Positions 41,484 to 53,450 of a stretch of 64,000 nt of DNA are shown piece by piece; positions within the stretch are counted from its first letter, which is position 1, and every line of letters begins with the position of its first letter. The notes beneath the pieces were generated by a model, which had not been told where the DNA came from, searched no databases, and worked only from the letters and a program-made list of their open reading frames with translations. Origin of the DNA: Eledone cirrhosa (taxonomy: Eukaryota); assembly GCA_964016885.1 (NCBI GenBank), contig OZ024742.1, forward strand, positions 30,380,001 through 30,444,000. Reading direction: 5' to 3'. Both the position numbers and the translations under genes were made by a program.

Positions 41484-43112
41484 TCGGCTCTGTAATATAC
41501 TTGTTATTTTACATTCAGCTATTCTCATACTTGTAATTGGATAATATTTAATATTACCCACATTATATATATATATATATATATACAATTATCCGATATC
41601 TGAATTGCTTTATTGTACTACAATAAAACTCATCTCCTACATTATATACAATTATATATACATATAGTGGTATGGTAGGAAGAAGAGGAGTATGAATGGA
41701 GTAGTAGGAGGAAAAGAGATGCACCATTATCCCCAACATCACCACCACCACCAAGAGTTCCCCTCCACCTGGAATCATGTCCTCTATACACCCAGTCCTC
41801 TATGAGGCTGAAGTTACATCCACTCAACTGAATCAGGAGCAGGAGCTCAAAACATATGTATAAAAACCAGCCATCCGACATAACTACACATCAAAGTTAG
41901 ATTGGTGCAAGTAATTGGAACTGAAAAGTTATACATACAGGTATTATATTAAAAAATTCTAACCATCCTAAAACTAAAAAGCCCAGCTGAGGGCACAAAT
42001 ACATTGCTACGACTGTCACTGATGTGCCCTGCCCCCCTCCAACAGGGGCCCCGGGGCAACAATTTCCCCCTTTGCCCCCATTAAATCCAACCCTGCTTAC
42101 ATGTTGCCTAGTTATGAACTATAAGTCTCCTCTTCTATATAAAACATCTCCTCAAACTATTCTCTATTCTACAGTTAACTATTCAACTATTAATCTAAAT
42201 TAGTTTATTTTAGTAACATCACAGCTCTATGCTCTGCCTATATAAGAAACCATTATTGATGATGATTCAATATTTTATAATATTAATATTTGATGTGTTT
42301 TAGTATATATATTCAATATATTTTAGCATATTATTTTATATATTTCAATATTTGATATGTTTTTCAATATGTTATATTTTATATATTTCAATATTATATT
42401 TTATATATTTTAATATTCTATATTATTATTTGATATACTTCAATATTTTATAATGTTTTATATGATTCAATGTTATAAAATATTGAAATACATAAAATTT
42501 TATTATATTATTATTTGATATATTTCAATATGTCTAAACCCATGCTAGCGTGGAAGATAGATGTTAAACGATGATGATGATGATGATGATGTTATAATAT
42601 TTTGTTTCAATATTTCATTATATTATTTTATGTGATTCTAAACAATATACAATAATTATTGTAATACAGATTTACATAATGATTCTTTTGATTTCAACTG
42701 GATGGTTCTTATTGTGTTGTTTAGTTGTTGTTATTGCTGTAGGTGATGTTATATGTAGTGGGGGTAAAGCTGATGATGATGACAATGATGATGGTGGTGT
42801 TGGGGGAGAGTGTAGTTGTGGTGGTTCTGCTGATGATGATGAATCTGATGATCATCATTAGCAGCAATTGTCAAGGTAAAATTAATAAAAAATATATATA
42901 CATCCATATATACCTCCCCCCCCCCCACACACACACACACATGTATGTATATATGCATACATGCATATATATATATATATATATATGCATACATGCATAT
43001 ATATATATGCATGCTATAATTATTGGAAGTAAATTTGTACATTTTCTATAAGCATTGTTTGTATATTTGGTATGTATACATGTGTGTGTATGTCTGTGTA
43101 TACATGTGTGTG

Positions 43113-43144
<32 letters not shown>

Positions 43145-43311
43145 GCAACTTCTTTTTCTAAGCTATTCTATAACATCTCCGTGCATGAGCACCAAACATT
43201 CAAGATACCAGCACTCAACTCTGTTTTAAGATCACAGACTATGTTGGTTTGAACATGTCAACTGTAGTAATAGGAGGGGGATATATATAGCAAGATTGAA
43301 GACATTAAACT

Positions 43312-43640
43312 AGATGATGATGATGGTAGTGGTGGTGGTGGTGGTGGTGGTGATAGTGGTGATGGTAGAGATGATGATGCAGATATGGTGGTTGTGATGG
43401 TGGTGGTGATGCAGATATGGTGGTGGTGATGATGATGATTCAGATATGGCGGTGGTGGTGATGATGATGCAGATATGGTGATGGTGGTGATGATGATGCA
43501 GATATGGTGGTGGTGGTGATGAGGCAGATATGGTGATGATGATGATGATGATGATGATGCAGGTATGGTGGTGGTTATGATAATGCAGATATGATGGTGG
43601 TGGTGATGATGATGCAGATTATGGTGATGATGATGATTTT
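43312..43640. repeat. (GAT/GGT)n tract punctuated by GCAGATAT
   Basis: Direct inspection. Confidence 0.9.
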
Positions 43641-43913
43641 GTCTGACACTTCCGATTTTGCCAATCTATCACTCTTCAACAGAATTAAATAATAATAATG
43701 GTAAATAATGTGCCAATATCAGAAATCCTTGATAAATGGAAGTTGAAGCTGTGTCTATGAAATATTCAGGGGTCTAAATGTTCTTCCTTAAATTCAAATT
43801 AAATATTTGATCATATGTGATTGATTTATATTTTTTTGTTTTGTTCTGTTTTGTTTCTTTGTTCCAGAATGCAACTTAAGCAGAATAAAATCAAAACAAT
43901 TGATATTTAAAAG

Positions 43914-43919
43914 TTTATT
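43914..43919 (-). terminator. EXOSC10: Probable EXOSC10 polyadenylation signal AATAAA
   Basis: About 55 nt after the predicted stop codon. Confidence 0.55.
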
Positions 43920-43974
43920 AAAACAAAGAATATAGGTAATCAATAAAATTTCTCTCAAAGTATTGATTATATTT

Positions 43975-44019
43975 TCAGAACTTCTTCCCTTGTGATTTCT
44001 TAAATTTGTTTCTCAGATG
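43975..44019 (-). CDS. EXOSC10: EXOSC10 last coding exon (HLRNKFKKSQGKKF*)
   Basis: Strong polypyrimidine tract and AG, phase 0, basic tail, TGA followed by AATAAA. Confidence 0.65.
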   Translation of the reverse strand, partial: HLRNKFKKSQGKKF

Positions 44020-44472
44020 CTGAAAGAAGAAAACAAAATCAATGTTTAAATATTTTACCAAATGTAAAATGGCAAAAGATGAAGGTGGCTACTTATTGAT
44101 CTAAGGCAGCGGCGAATGGGCAGAGTTGTTAGAATGTTAGCTAGAATACTTGGTGGTATTCATTATGGCTCTCTGCTCTCCGAGTTCAAATCCCGCCGAG
44201 GTCAATTTTTCCTTTCATCCTTTCGAGGTCAATAAAAAAAAGTACCTGTTTAGTCTAAAGTCTGTTTTGAGCCTGGAGGTTCATCAAGCCGGTACTTATC
44301 TCGGTTTCCATGGCGTGAAGCGACTGAGAGTACACAGCTTCCAGGACAGGACACCAGTCCATCACAGAGTTAGAGTCTCATTAGACTGGTGCTTATCCCA
44401 GTTTCCATGGCATGAAGCAACTGAAAGTACAGACTTTCCCCTGGACAGGACACCAGTCCATCGCAGTATGAA

Positions 44473-44679
44473 CCCTTTAACATTTACATTACTCTATATT
44501 TACTATTATATTTTCGCAGTAAAGGCTTTACCTCACATAATATCGAAGCTATGTGATTTTGATATCATTTATTTTGAGAACAATACCTTATCATTGATAT
44601 AAGTGACCAGTTATGGCTGATTAGAACAGAAATAGGTGAGAGAATTCTGGCCGGATATGGCCGGTTTAATGCTAAAAGG
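44473..44679. mobile_element. piggyBac-type MITE
   Basis: CCCTTTA..TAAAAGG termini with TTAA-like flanks; homologous to 51348-51558. Confidence 0.75.
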
Positions 44680-45381
44680 TTAAAGTCTATCTCGAGCCCG
44701 GCAGCTCATCAGACTGGTGCTTATCCCAGATTGTGGCATGAAGTGAAGGAGAGTACAAAATTCCACTAGGCCACGTGCCTCCACTACCAGTCTACTATTG
44801 GGGTTGATTCTTCCTCTATACCTTTTTCTCATTTCCATTCTCTCCCTCTCTATCCTTCTCTGGAAGAAACCTGAAAATGGGCTCTGCCAGGTTTTAAAAT
44901 GCCCTAGAAACGTTATGTCAAGGAGTTACAGGACCTGCATACAAAATGTTAAAAGACGATTTATCATGTTATTATATTTCAATGCTGAGTGGTGGTAAAC
45001 TGACACGATTGTTAGAGTATTAAATATTTCAGGATATTTGTTGTCTCTCTCTCTCTCTCTCTCTCTCACTCACTCTCTCTCTGTATTCTGAGTTCAAATC
45101 TTGCCGAGGTCAACTTTCTAAGTCTTTCTGGAACCCAAAGGTTTATCAGGCTGGTGTGTACCCTGGTTTTGTGGTGTTAATCAATTGAGAAGATTTCCCC
45201 TGGAGTGTTAAAGTCTATCTCGAGCCCAGTGGCTCATAAGGCCGCTTCACAGTTCCCTCCACAACAAAACAGCCAACCTTTCCCACTTCACAGTCCTCAC
45301 CACAACAATACAACCAGTCTTTCCCACTTCACAGTCCTCTCCATGTTCCCTATCACAACAATACAAGTAAATATGTCTTAC

Positions 45382-45437
45382 CTTTTTACTTTGTTTCAAC
45401 AGTTTATCTGACAATTTTCCTCCAAATGTGCCGGTTG
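45382..45437 (-). CDS. EXOSC10: EXOSC10 exon (TGTFGGKLSDKLLKQSKK)
   Basis: AG / GTAAGA boundaries; phase 1 to 0 fits the neighbouring exons. Confidence 0.65.
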
Positions 45438-45979
45438 CTATTGAAGACAATGGAAGGAAGAAATATAATTTATAAACAAAGCAGTTGACTGGGGAAAGTT
45501 TGAAATGTAATGTGTGTGCATCCCAATACAAATAATCATAATAATAGTTGAGAAAAATTAAATAAAGTGGTGGGTTGGCAGTATCGGTGGAGAGTCAGAC
45601 AACATGCTTTGCAGCATAGAGGTATGTCCCTTTACATTTTGAGTTCAAATCCAGCCAAGGTTAGCTTTGCCTTTCATTCTTACGCAATCAATAAAATAAA
45701 GTACCAGTAATGCACTGATGACAATTTAATTGACTTCTCGCTTCCCAAACAATTGCTGGCCTTGTGCCTAAAGTAGAAACAATTATAATCACCCTTCCCA
45801 TGAGTACAGGCTGAAGCATACATATAGTATTGACCCCACCCCCTCCCATGGGTACAGGCTGAAACGTACATCTGGTACACACCACCTTCATCTCCCACTC
45901 CAATGTCCTAACACTCTGCTCCCTCACACACACACACACACCCATATACCCCCCTCCCTACCAAAACCCCACAGCCCAC

Positions 45980-47285
45980 ACACTCTAAAGTGGTCATGTA
46001 GGTATCATGACAAAAAGCACCCAGCACACACTGTAAAGTGGTCATGTAGGTATCACGACAAAAAGCACCCAGCCCACACTGTAAAGTAGTCATGTAGGTG
46101 TCACGACAAAAAGCACCCAGTCCACACTGTAAAGTGGTCATGTAGGTGTCACGACAAAAAGCACCCAGTCCACACTGTAAAGTGGTCATGTAGGTGTCAC
46201 GACAAAAAGCATCCAGTCCACACTGTAAAGTGGTCATGTAGGTGTCACGACAAAAAGCACCCAGCACACACTGTAAAGTAGTCATGTAGGTGTCACAACA
46301 AAAAGCACCCAGCCCACACTATAAAGTGATCATGTAGGTGTCACAACAAAAGCACCAAGTCTGCCCTGTAAAGTGGTCATGTAGGTGTCACGACAAAAAG
46401 CACCCAGTCCACACTGTAAAGTGGTCATGTAGGTGTCACGACAAAAAGCACCCAGTCCACACTGTAAAGTGGTCATGTAGGTGTCACGACAAAAAGTACC
46501 CAGTCCACACTGTAAAGTGGTCATGTAGGTGTCACGACAAAAAGCACCCAGCACACACTGTAAAGTAGTCATGTAGGTGTCACAACAAAAAGCACCCAGC
46601 CCATACTATAAAGTGATCATGTAGGTGTCACAACAAAAGCACCAAGTCTGCCCTGTAAAGTGGTCATGTAGGTGTCACGACAAAAAGCATCCAGTCCACA
46701 CTGTAAAGTGGTCATGTAGGTGTCACGACAAAAAGCACCCAGCACACATTGTAAAGTAGTCATGTAGGTGTCACAACAAAAAGCACCCAGCCCACACTAT
46801 AAAGTGATCATGTAGGTGTCACAACAAAAGCACCAAGTCTGCCCTGTAAAGTGGTCATGTAGGTGTCACGACAAAAAGCACCCAGTCCACACTGTAAAGT
46901 GGTCATGTAGGTGTCACGACAAAAAGCACCCAGTCCACACTGTAAAGTGGTCATGTAGGTGTCACGACAAAAAGCACCCAGCACACACTGTAAAGTGGTC
47001 ATGTAGGTGTCACGACAAAAAGCACCCAGCACAGACTGTAAAGTGGTCATGTAGGTGTCACGACAAAAAGCACCCAGCACACACTGTAAAGAGGTCATGT
47101 AGGTGTCACGACAAAAAGCACCCAGTCCACACTGTAAAGTGGTCATGTAGGTGTCACGACAAAAAGCACCCAGTCCACACTGTAAAGTGGTCATGTAGGT
47201 GTCACGACAAAAAGCACCCAGTCCACACTGTAGAGTGGTCATGTAGGTGTCACGACAAAAAGCATCCAGTCCACACTGTAAAGTG
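45980..47285. repeat. 48-bp tandem satellite (~27 units) grown out of a SINE/RTE-tail repeat that continues to ~47433
   Basis: Unit CACACTGTAAAGTGGTCATGTAGGTGTCACGACAAAAAGCACCCAGTC runs directly into ..TTGGCATTAGGAAAGGTATCCAGCTGTAGAAAC. Confidence 0.95.
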
Positions 47286-47439
47286 ATTGGCATTAGGAAA
47301 GGTATCCAGCTGTAGAAACCAATCTATAATCAGTTGTATGAGCAAGACATGGTCAGCTGACCTCAATTTGCCTCAAATAAGACAATCTGTCTAACCCATG
47401 CTAGTGTGGAAAAATGGACATTAAATGATGATAACTTAC

Positions 47440-47713
47440 CACTAAACATCCTGAGATTGACATCATCATAGTTAAATGGATTAATACCAGTAGCAGTAGT
47501 AGAGGGTCCCTTCTTGCCAAATCTGCCAACTTCTCTACCACCGCCGCCATCAATACACGGTGAAATCTTCTCTTCAATTATTTCTACATCAGAGTTCTCA
47601 GAATCACTGATCTCCACGGTTTCTATATCTTTCTCCGGCACCATCATCTTCATTTTCTTCCTCTCCTGCTCCAGTATGGCCATCCTCTTCATAAGTTTCT
47701 TCTTCAGTGGAGG
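47440..47713 (-). CDS. EXOSC10: EXOSC10 exon (PPLKKKLMK...INPFNYDDVNLRMFS)
   Basis: CAG / GTAAGT boundaries; PFNY resembles the PF/YDY motif of Rrp6 C-termini; phase 0 to 1. Confidence 0.8.
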
Positions 47714-47744
47714 CTGTGGCAATGAGAAACAGAAACACTTTCTT

Positions 47745-48731
47745 CAACAACAGCAACAGCAACAGTAGCAGCAGCAACAACAGCAATAATAACAACAGAG
47801 GCAGCAACAACAGCAGTAGTAACAGCAACAGCAGCAGTAACAACAACAACAGCAGCAGTAATAACAATAGCAATAACAGCAGTAGTAACAGCAACAGTAA
47901 CAACAACAGCAGTAGTAACAACAGCAATAACAGCAGTAATAACAGCAGTAGTAACAACAGCAATAGTAACAGCAATAACAGCAGTAGTAACAGCAACAAC
48001 AACAGCAATAACAGCAGTAGTAACAGCAGTAGTAACAGCAACAACAGCAGTAGTAACAACAGCAGCAACAACAACAGCAGTAGTAACAACAGCAGCAATA
48101 ACAGCAGTAGTAACAACAACAGCAATAACAGCAGTAGTAACAACAGCAACAATAACAGCAGCAGCACCAGTAGTAGTAACAACAATAACAGCAGCAGCAG
48201 CAGTAGTAGTAACAACAATAACAGCAGCAGCAGCAGTAGTAGTAACAGCAATAACAGCAGTAGTAACAACAGCAGTAGTAACAACAGCAACAATAACAGC
48301 AGCAGCAGTAGTAGTAACAACAACAGCAGTAGTAACAACAGCAGCAATAACAGCAGTAGTAACAACAGCAGTAGTAACAACAGCAACAATAACAGCAGCA
48401 GCAGTAGTAGTAACAACAACAACAACAGCAGTAGTAACAACAGCAGCAATAACAGCAGTAGTAACAACAACAGCAATAGTAACAACAGAGGCAACAACAA
48501 TAACAGTAGTAAAAACAATAGAAGAAGCAGCAGTAGTAACAGGAATAACAGCAGCAACAGCAGTAGTAGTAGTAATAACAACAATAACAGCAGCAACAGC
48601 AGTAGTAAAAACAATAGAAGCAGCAGCAGTAACAACAACAGCAGCAGTAACAACAACAGCAGTAGTAACAACAACAGCAGCAGTAACAACAACAGCAGTA
48701 GTAACAACAACAGCAGCAATAACAACAACAA
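47745..48731. repeat. ~1-kb compound trinucleotide repeat A(A/G)(C/T)
   Basis: AAC/AGC/AGT/AAT mosaic in a single register. Confidence 0.95.
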
Positions 48732-50202
48732 TGGTAGAGTGCAAGAACGTAAGCAAGATGTGTGTGCGTGTGCACACGTATATATATATATAAGTGCGCG
48801 CACACACACATTTGTGTGTTCATGTATGTATGCGCATGTGTAGAGTGTGAGGTGGCTGCTATTTCTAGCATATCAAGCTACTCATAAAAGCAACTATATT
48901 CCAAACTTGATGTCCTTTCCTAAAACTAATTACTCAACTGTGAAGTAAAGAGTAGAGACCCCCACCCCTCACCCTTGACCATGAGATTGGAACCTAGAAA
49001 GTTCGCCTTCCAAGACAAGCCCAGGCAAGGTCGTTTGTGGAAGTCCAGCAGTCACCCATGCATATCAGTCTCCCCTCTCCACACCAAAGATGTTGTCCAA
49101 GGGAAAGGCAATGGCCGACACAGCTTGGCAACAGTGACGTTGCAACTCATTTCTACAGTTGAGAAAACTGGAGTAACGTGAAATAAAGTGTCTTGCTCAA
49201 GGACACCTCGACGCATCACGCAGTCTGGGAATCAAACTCACAACCTCATGAGTGCAAGCCCAACACTTTAACCACTAAGCCATTCACCATCACAATTAAC
49301 TATGAAGTAAAGACTAAATAAATGAAACAACCTATTTTTATTTGGTGAAATAAACTAGAGCAAGCAGAGTTATCTACCTTGACTTAGTTTGCCCAATAAG
49401 TGATGTACACTCGAGTCTCAAATGTACACTCAACTTATCAAATATTTTCAACCAGCTTCCCCTCCCGCTGCTTCTTAAATTTTGCTAATCTATCTCCAGT
49501 GAAATTTCCTGGCACTTCTTCACCCAGCATATCAAATATTATTATAAAATATTGAAACATATCAAATATCAAACGATGATGATGAATATTATATAAACTA
49601 CACCCGGGTCTCAAATAATCACCCCATCCCCTCCACAACCACCACTATCATCACCATCCCCTACCACCACCACCACTTTATTGTTTATGTTGGCATGGGT
49701 TAGAAGAGGTGTCACATTCTGTGACTAGACTTGTAAGGTGATAATGTTATTTTGTTTTGGTCTTGTAATGGTCTTTGTTTGGGTGTGGTCAACAATGTTT
49801 GTATGTAGCGGTAACCCCATTCTAGATACAATGTCATCATTATCATTGTTTTAACATCCACTTTCCCTGCTAGCAAGGGTTGGGTGGGTCTACATAGACC
49901 AAGTTAGTACTAAAGAGGTAGCTACTGATCTCCCAGACAAGCCAAGGATTTATCGTCTCACTTATGTACAGTCTCACGTTATAACGAATGCACAGAAGGT
50001 TGTTAAGTCTTTGTTTGGCAAGCTTTCTATGGCTGGGTGCCCTTCTTATCGCCAACCACTATACAGTGTGTACTGAGTGTGTTTATAGTGTAGGTCACTA
50101 GCATTAGGTAATGTGTTAATAGCTGTAGTATGTTAGTTAAGACGAGAGGAGGTTACCTGTCAGTCCCCCACAGAAAGATATAAGATCTAAAACAATAATA
50201 AC

Positions 50203-50270
50203 CTTGAAAGAAAGAGGAATAATTCCTCCAATTTCATCTTGTGAAAGATCGTTTGTTGACATCTCAATTT
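50203..50270 (-). CDS. EXOSC10: EXOSC10 exon (IEMSTNDLSQDEIGGIIPLSFK)
   Basis: TTTACAG acceptor and weak GTTATT donor; phase 1 to 0 is needed to join its neighbours. Confidence 0.6.
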
Positions 50271-50914
50271 CTGTAAATATACAAACAACATCAATGATAA
50301 GTTAACAATGATAAGTTAACAAGATATTATGTCATATACTGAATTCAAAACATTTTCTGGGCACATGTTTTACTCAGGATTGAAACATGTAATCTAAAAA
50401 AAAAATCTAAAGTCTGTCTCAAGCTCGGAGGCTCATCAGACCGGTGCTTATCCCGTGACATGAAGCAACTGAGAGTACAACTCCCCCCTGGACAGGATGC
50501 CAGTCCATCACAGGGTTGAACCACCAGCTATTGCTAATATTTATTTTCAGCTGAGTATACTGGAGCAACATGAAATGAAGTGTTTTGCTCAAGAACACAA
50601 CACCACAAACCAGTCCAGGAATTGAACCCAAGATATTATGATCGTAAGTTCAACACCTTTACCACTAGGTCATGCACCTCCACGTGTGATTCCCCTTCAT
50701 TCAATTCTATTTTTATCACATACCACCATGAGTGCCACCCCCAATCCATTCTCACTACATAATGGAACATCCCAGACACTTCTTAAAACATCTGCATATC
50801 TGACAAAACACACATCACTGTAACATCACCCCCATTTATGGGTATGCTATTTAATATGCCTTTTTGTCTACAGTAAACGATTTTTGACTCGGACAGTTTT
50901 ATTGGTGGTCACTC

Positions 50915-51112
50915 CTCTTTACAGTGTAAATGTCACCAACAGTCACGTTACAGGGTGGACTGGATGCTTTTTGTCATGTCACCAACACAACCACTTTACA
51001 GTGTGAACTGAGTGCTTTATGTCATGTCACCAACACAACCACTTTACAGTGTGAACTGAGTGCTTTTTGTTGTGTCACCAACACAACCACGTTACAGCGT
51101 GGACTGGATGCA
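50915..51112. repeat. Short 48-bp tandem array related to 45980-47285, in opposite orientation
   Basis: Units ACCACTTTACAGTGTGAACTGAGTGCTTTTTGT. Confidence 0.8.
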
Positions 51113-51347
51113 GTTGCAATAAACTAAACACTTTTAAAATTAATATAAAGAATGGAGTGTTCATGTGAGATGTTATAAAATAGTTTATAAAATAAGGCAA
51201 AGACCCTTAAAGACAGAAAATGAAGTTGTACTTTTTAAAAATGTCTTCCTAATGTGGTTTTATGTGATACAGGACATTGAAAGTTTAAGTCAAAAATCTT
51301 ATTTGGAGAGTAAAGTGGTATATTTGAAAGAACAATACATCAATTAA

Positions 51348-51558
51348 CCCTTTAGCGTTTACAGTAAACTATTGTAAATAGTGGTAAAGGCTTTATCTCA
51401 CATAATTATTTCACATAATATCGAATCTACAAGATTTTGATGTTATTTATTTTAAGAACAATACCTTAACATCAGTATGAGTGGTCAGTTATAACTGGTT
51501 AGAACAGAAAGAAGTGAGAGAATTCTGGCCAGATATGGCTGGTTTAAATGCTAAAGGG
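51348..51558. mobile_element. piggyBac-type MITE
   Basis: TTAA|CCCTTTAGC...GCTAAAGGG|TTAA. Confidence 0.88.
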
Positions 51559-51583
51559 TTAAAACAAAGATATGCCCACTAAC

Positions 51584-51659
51584 CTTTGTTTGACGTTGAT
51601 TCTGTCGTTTGGGAAACAACTTTCTTTGGTTTCTGTTTCTTTAAAAGTTTCCAGTGTTT
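51584..51659 (-). CDS. EXOSC10: EXOSC10 exon (KHWKLLKKQKPKK...)
   Basis: TTTTTGCAG / GTTAGT boundaries; phase 0 to 1. Confidence 0.7.
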
Positions 51660-52039
51660 CTGCAAAAAGGAATCATAAAAAAATTAATTAAAAAAACCCA
51701 CAAATCGTCATCTTCGTTATCATTGTCACCAACATCTTAGAGTTCAACTGTATTGATGTGTAATGTTTAGTTACTGATGGTTCACCAGTTTGAACACTCA
51801 ATGTTAATATGTAGGTCCAGCTACCGATATGAGATTCTACACTCAGTATTTCACCATTATCAGTGTCCTTAAGAAGCAGAGTGTTGAAAATAATAATAAT
51901 GAGCAGGAACGAAGTATCAATATAACATCAATATGTTTATTCACATGTGATGCATGTTTCACAATCGATCAGCTCAAGGTATGATCGGTAGTGATCGATA
52001 GTGATCAGTGGAATCAATAACTCATCAGAAAACACTTAC

Positions 52040-52096
52040 CTCAGCCTCAACATCTGTAGATTTATCATTTTCTTCATTTTCATTGTTTGGAAAGAA
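52040..52096 (-). CDS. EXOSC10: EXOSC10 exon (FFPNNENEENDKSTDVEAE)
   Basis: TTTTAG / GTAAGT boundaries; continues the PFxM|FxP motif. Confidence 0.8.
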
Positions 52097-52285
52097 CTAA
52101 AACGAGATAAAGAAAGACAGGTTAAACAGTGTTTTAAGACCAACCACTTTACAGGGTGTACTGGGTGCGTTTATCATGTAGATCACCAACACTAGGGAGG
52201 CTGTCATGTCCTTGACACAACTGAAGGGTCCTCCTAACCCTTATTGTTGGCAGGGACAACAAAAGATGACATCAGTGTAACTTAC

Positions 52286-52351
52286 CATTGTGAAGGGACT
52301 CTGAAAAGTTTCTCTTAGAGTTGCAACAAGATTTTTGTTTTGGGTTATTTT
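52286..52351 (-). CDS. EXOSC10: EXOSC10 exon (KITQNKNLVATLRETFQSPFTM)
   Basis: TTTTCAG / GTAAGT boundaries; FxxPFxM motif of the exosome-associating region. Confidence 0.85.
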
Positions 52352-52409
52352 CTGAAAAATCAAGAAATATTTATAAAGTTATTCATAATGGACATAGAAA
52401 TATAAGTTA

Positions 52410-52770
52410 TGACTAGTGTGTGGGTATGTACTAGTGTGTGTGTGTGTGTGTGTCCTAGGGTGTGTGTGCTGGTGTGTGTCCTAGGGTGTTTGTATTAGTG
52501 TGTTTAACTAGTGTGTGTGTGTACTAGTGGATGTATTGGTATGTAGTAGTGTGTACTACAGTGTGTGTTAATGTGTGTGCTAGTGTGTAGTAGTGTGTAC
52601 TAGAGTGTGTGTTAGTGTGTATGTGTACTAATGTGTGTATTGGTATGTAGTAGTGTGTTCTAGCGTGTGTATTGTATGTAGTAGTGTGTACTAGTGTGTA
52701 TGTGTTCTGGTGTGTGTTAGTGTGTCTACTAGTGTGTCTACTAGTGTGTCTACTAGTGTGTCTACTACTG
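52410..52770. repeat. (CTAGTGTGT)-type degenerate repeat
   Basis: Direct inspection. Confidence 0.85.
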
Positions 52771-53089
52771 TTCAGTCCCCATGCCCCTCACCTTCAAAAG
52801 TTAGATGTGTTGGGTGGGAGACAAAATGTTAATAACTGTAAGAGGTAGGGATCAATATCATTGACTGGAGCAACGTGAAATAAAGTATCTTGCTCAAGAA
52901 CACAAGACACAACCAGGTCTAGGATTCAAACTCACAACTTTACGATTGTGAGCTCAACCTACTAACCATTAAGCCACTTGCATTGAACCAGTATCAGAGG
53001 ACTTTAAAACTGGGTTGTATGCTCCAAGTTGACTAAAAGATGAAGAATAATAATCACAAGATGGTAGAAGATATGTTTTGTATATTTAC

Positions 53090-53193
53090 CGCTGAGAACC
53101 AATCAAAGGCAGAAAGTAAGGGATGGTCTTTAAGATTCATCACAGATTTATCAGCATCTAACTTGTCAATGTTCAAACTCTCCTGGATAGAAT
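53090..53193 (-). CDS. EXOSC10: EXOSC10 exon (SIQESLNIDK...AFDWFSA)
   Basis: The only AG giving an open phase 1 to 0 frame up to the GTAAAT donor. Confidence 0.7.
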
Positions 53194-53278
53194 CTTTAAA
53201 TAAAAGTTATCATTATTATATATTAATTACCATCATTACAATATATCATTTATGATCATTACAATATATTCAAACTAC

Positions 53279-53450
53279 TTGGTTATTTCCCTTTACATCC
53301 CAACTCTCAAACGTCACATTATTTGGTTATTTCCCTTTACATCCCAACTCTCAAACGTCACATTATTTGGTTATTTCCCTTTACATCCCAACTCTCAAAC
53401 GTCACATTATTTGGTTATTTCCCTTTAAATGCCAACTCTCAAACGTCATA
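53279..53450. repeat. 44-bp minisatellite, ~4 copies
   Basis: Unit TTGGTTATTTCCCTTTACATCCCAACTCTCAAACGTCACATTAT. Confidence 0.95.

Noticed and set aside
45908-47293. Cys-rich 16-aa repeat ORFs (MTTLQCGLGAFCRDTY), or a CRISPR-like array
   Set aside because: A 48-bp head-to-tail satellite with no unique spacers, derived from a SINE segment, intronic, and frame-broken by 47-bp units.
47604-48871. 367-401-aa poly-L, V/T/A, C/Y and N/S ORFs
   Set aside because: An intronic trinucleotide mosaic; the real exon begins at the acceptor at 47714-15.
49438-49638. Short minus-strand ORF (MLGEEVPGNFTGDRLAKF...)
   Set aside because: It ends in a stop, has no splice donor, and is not needed for the EXOSC10 frame.
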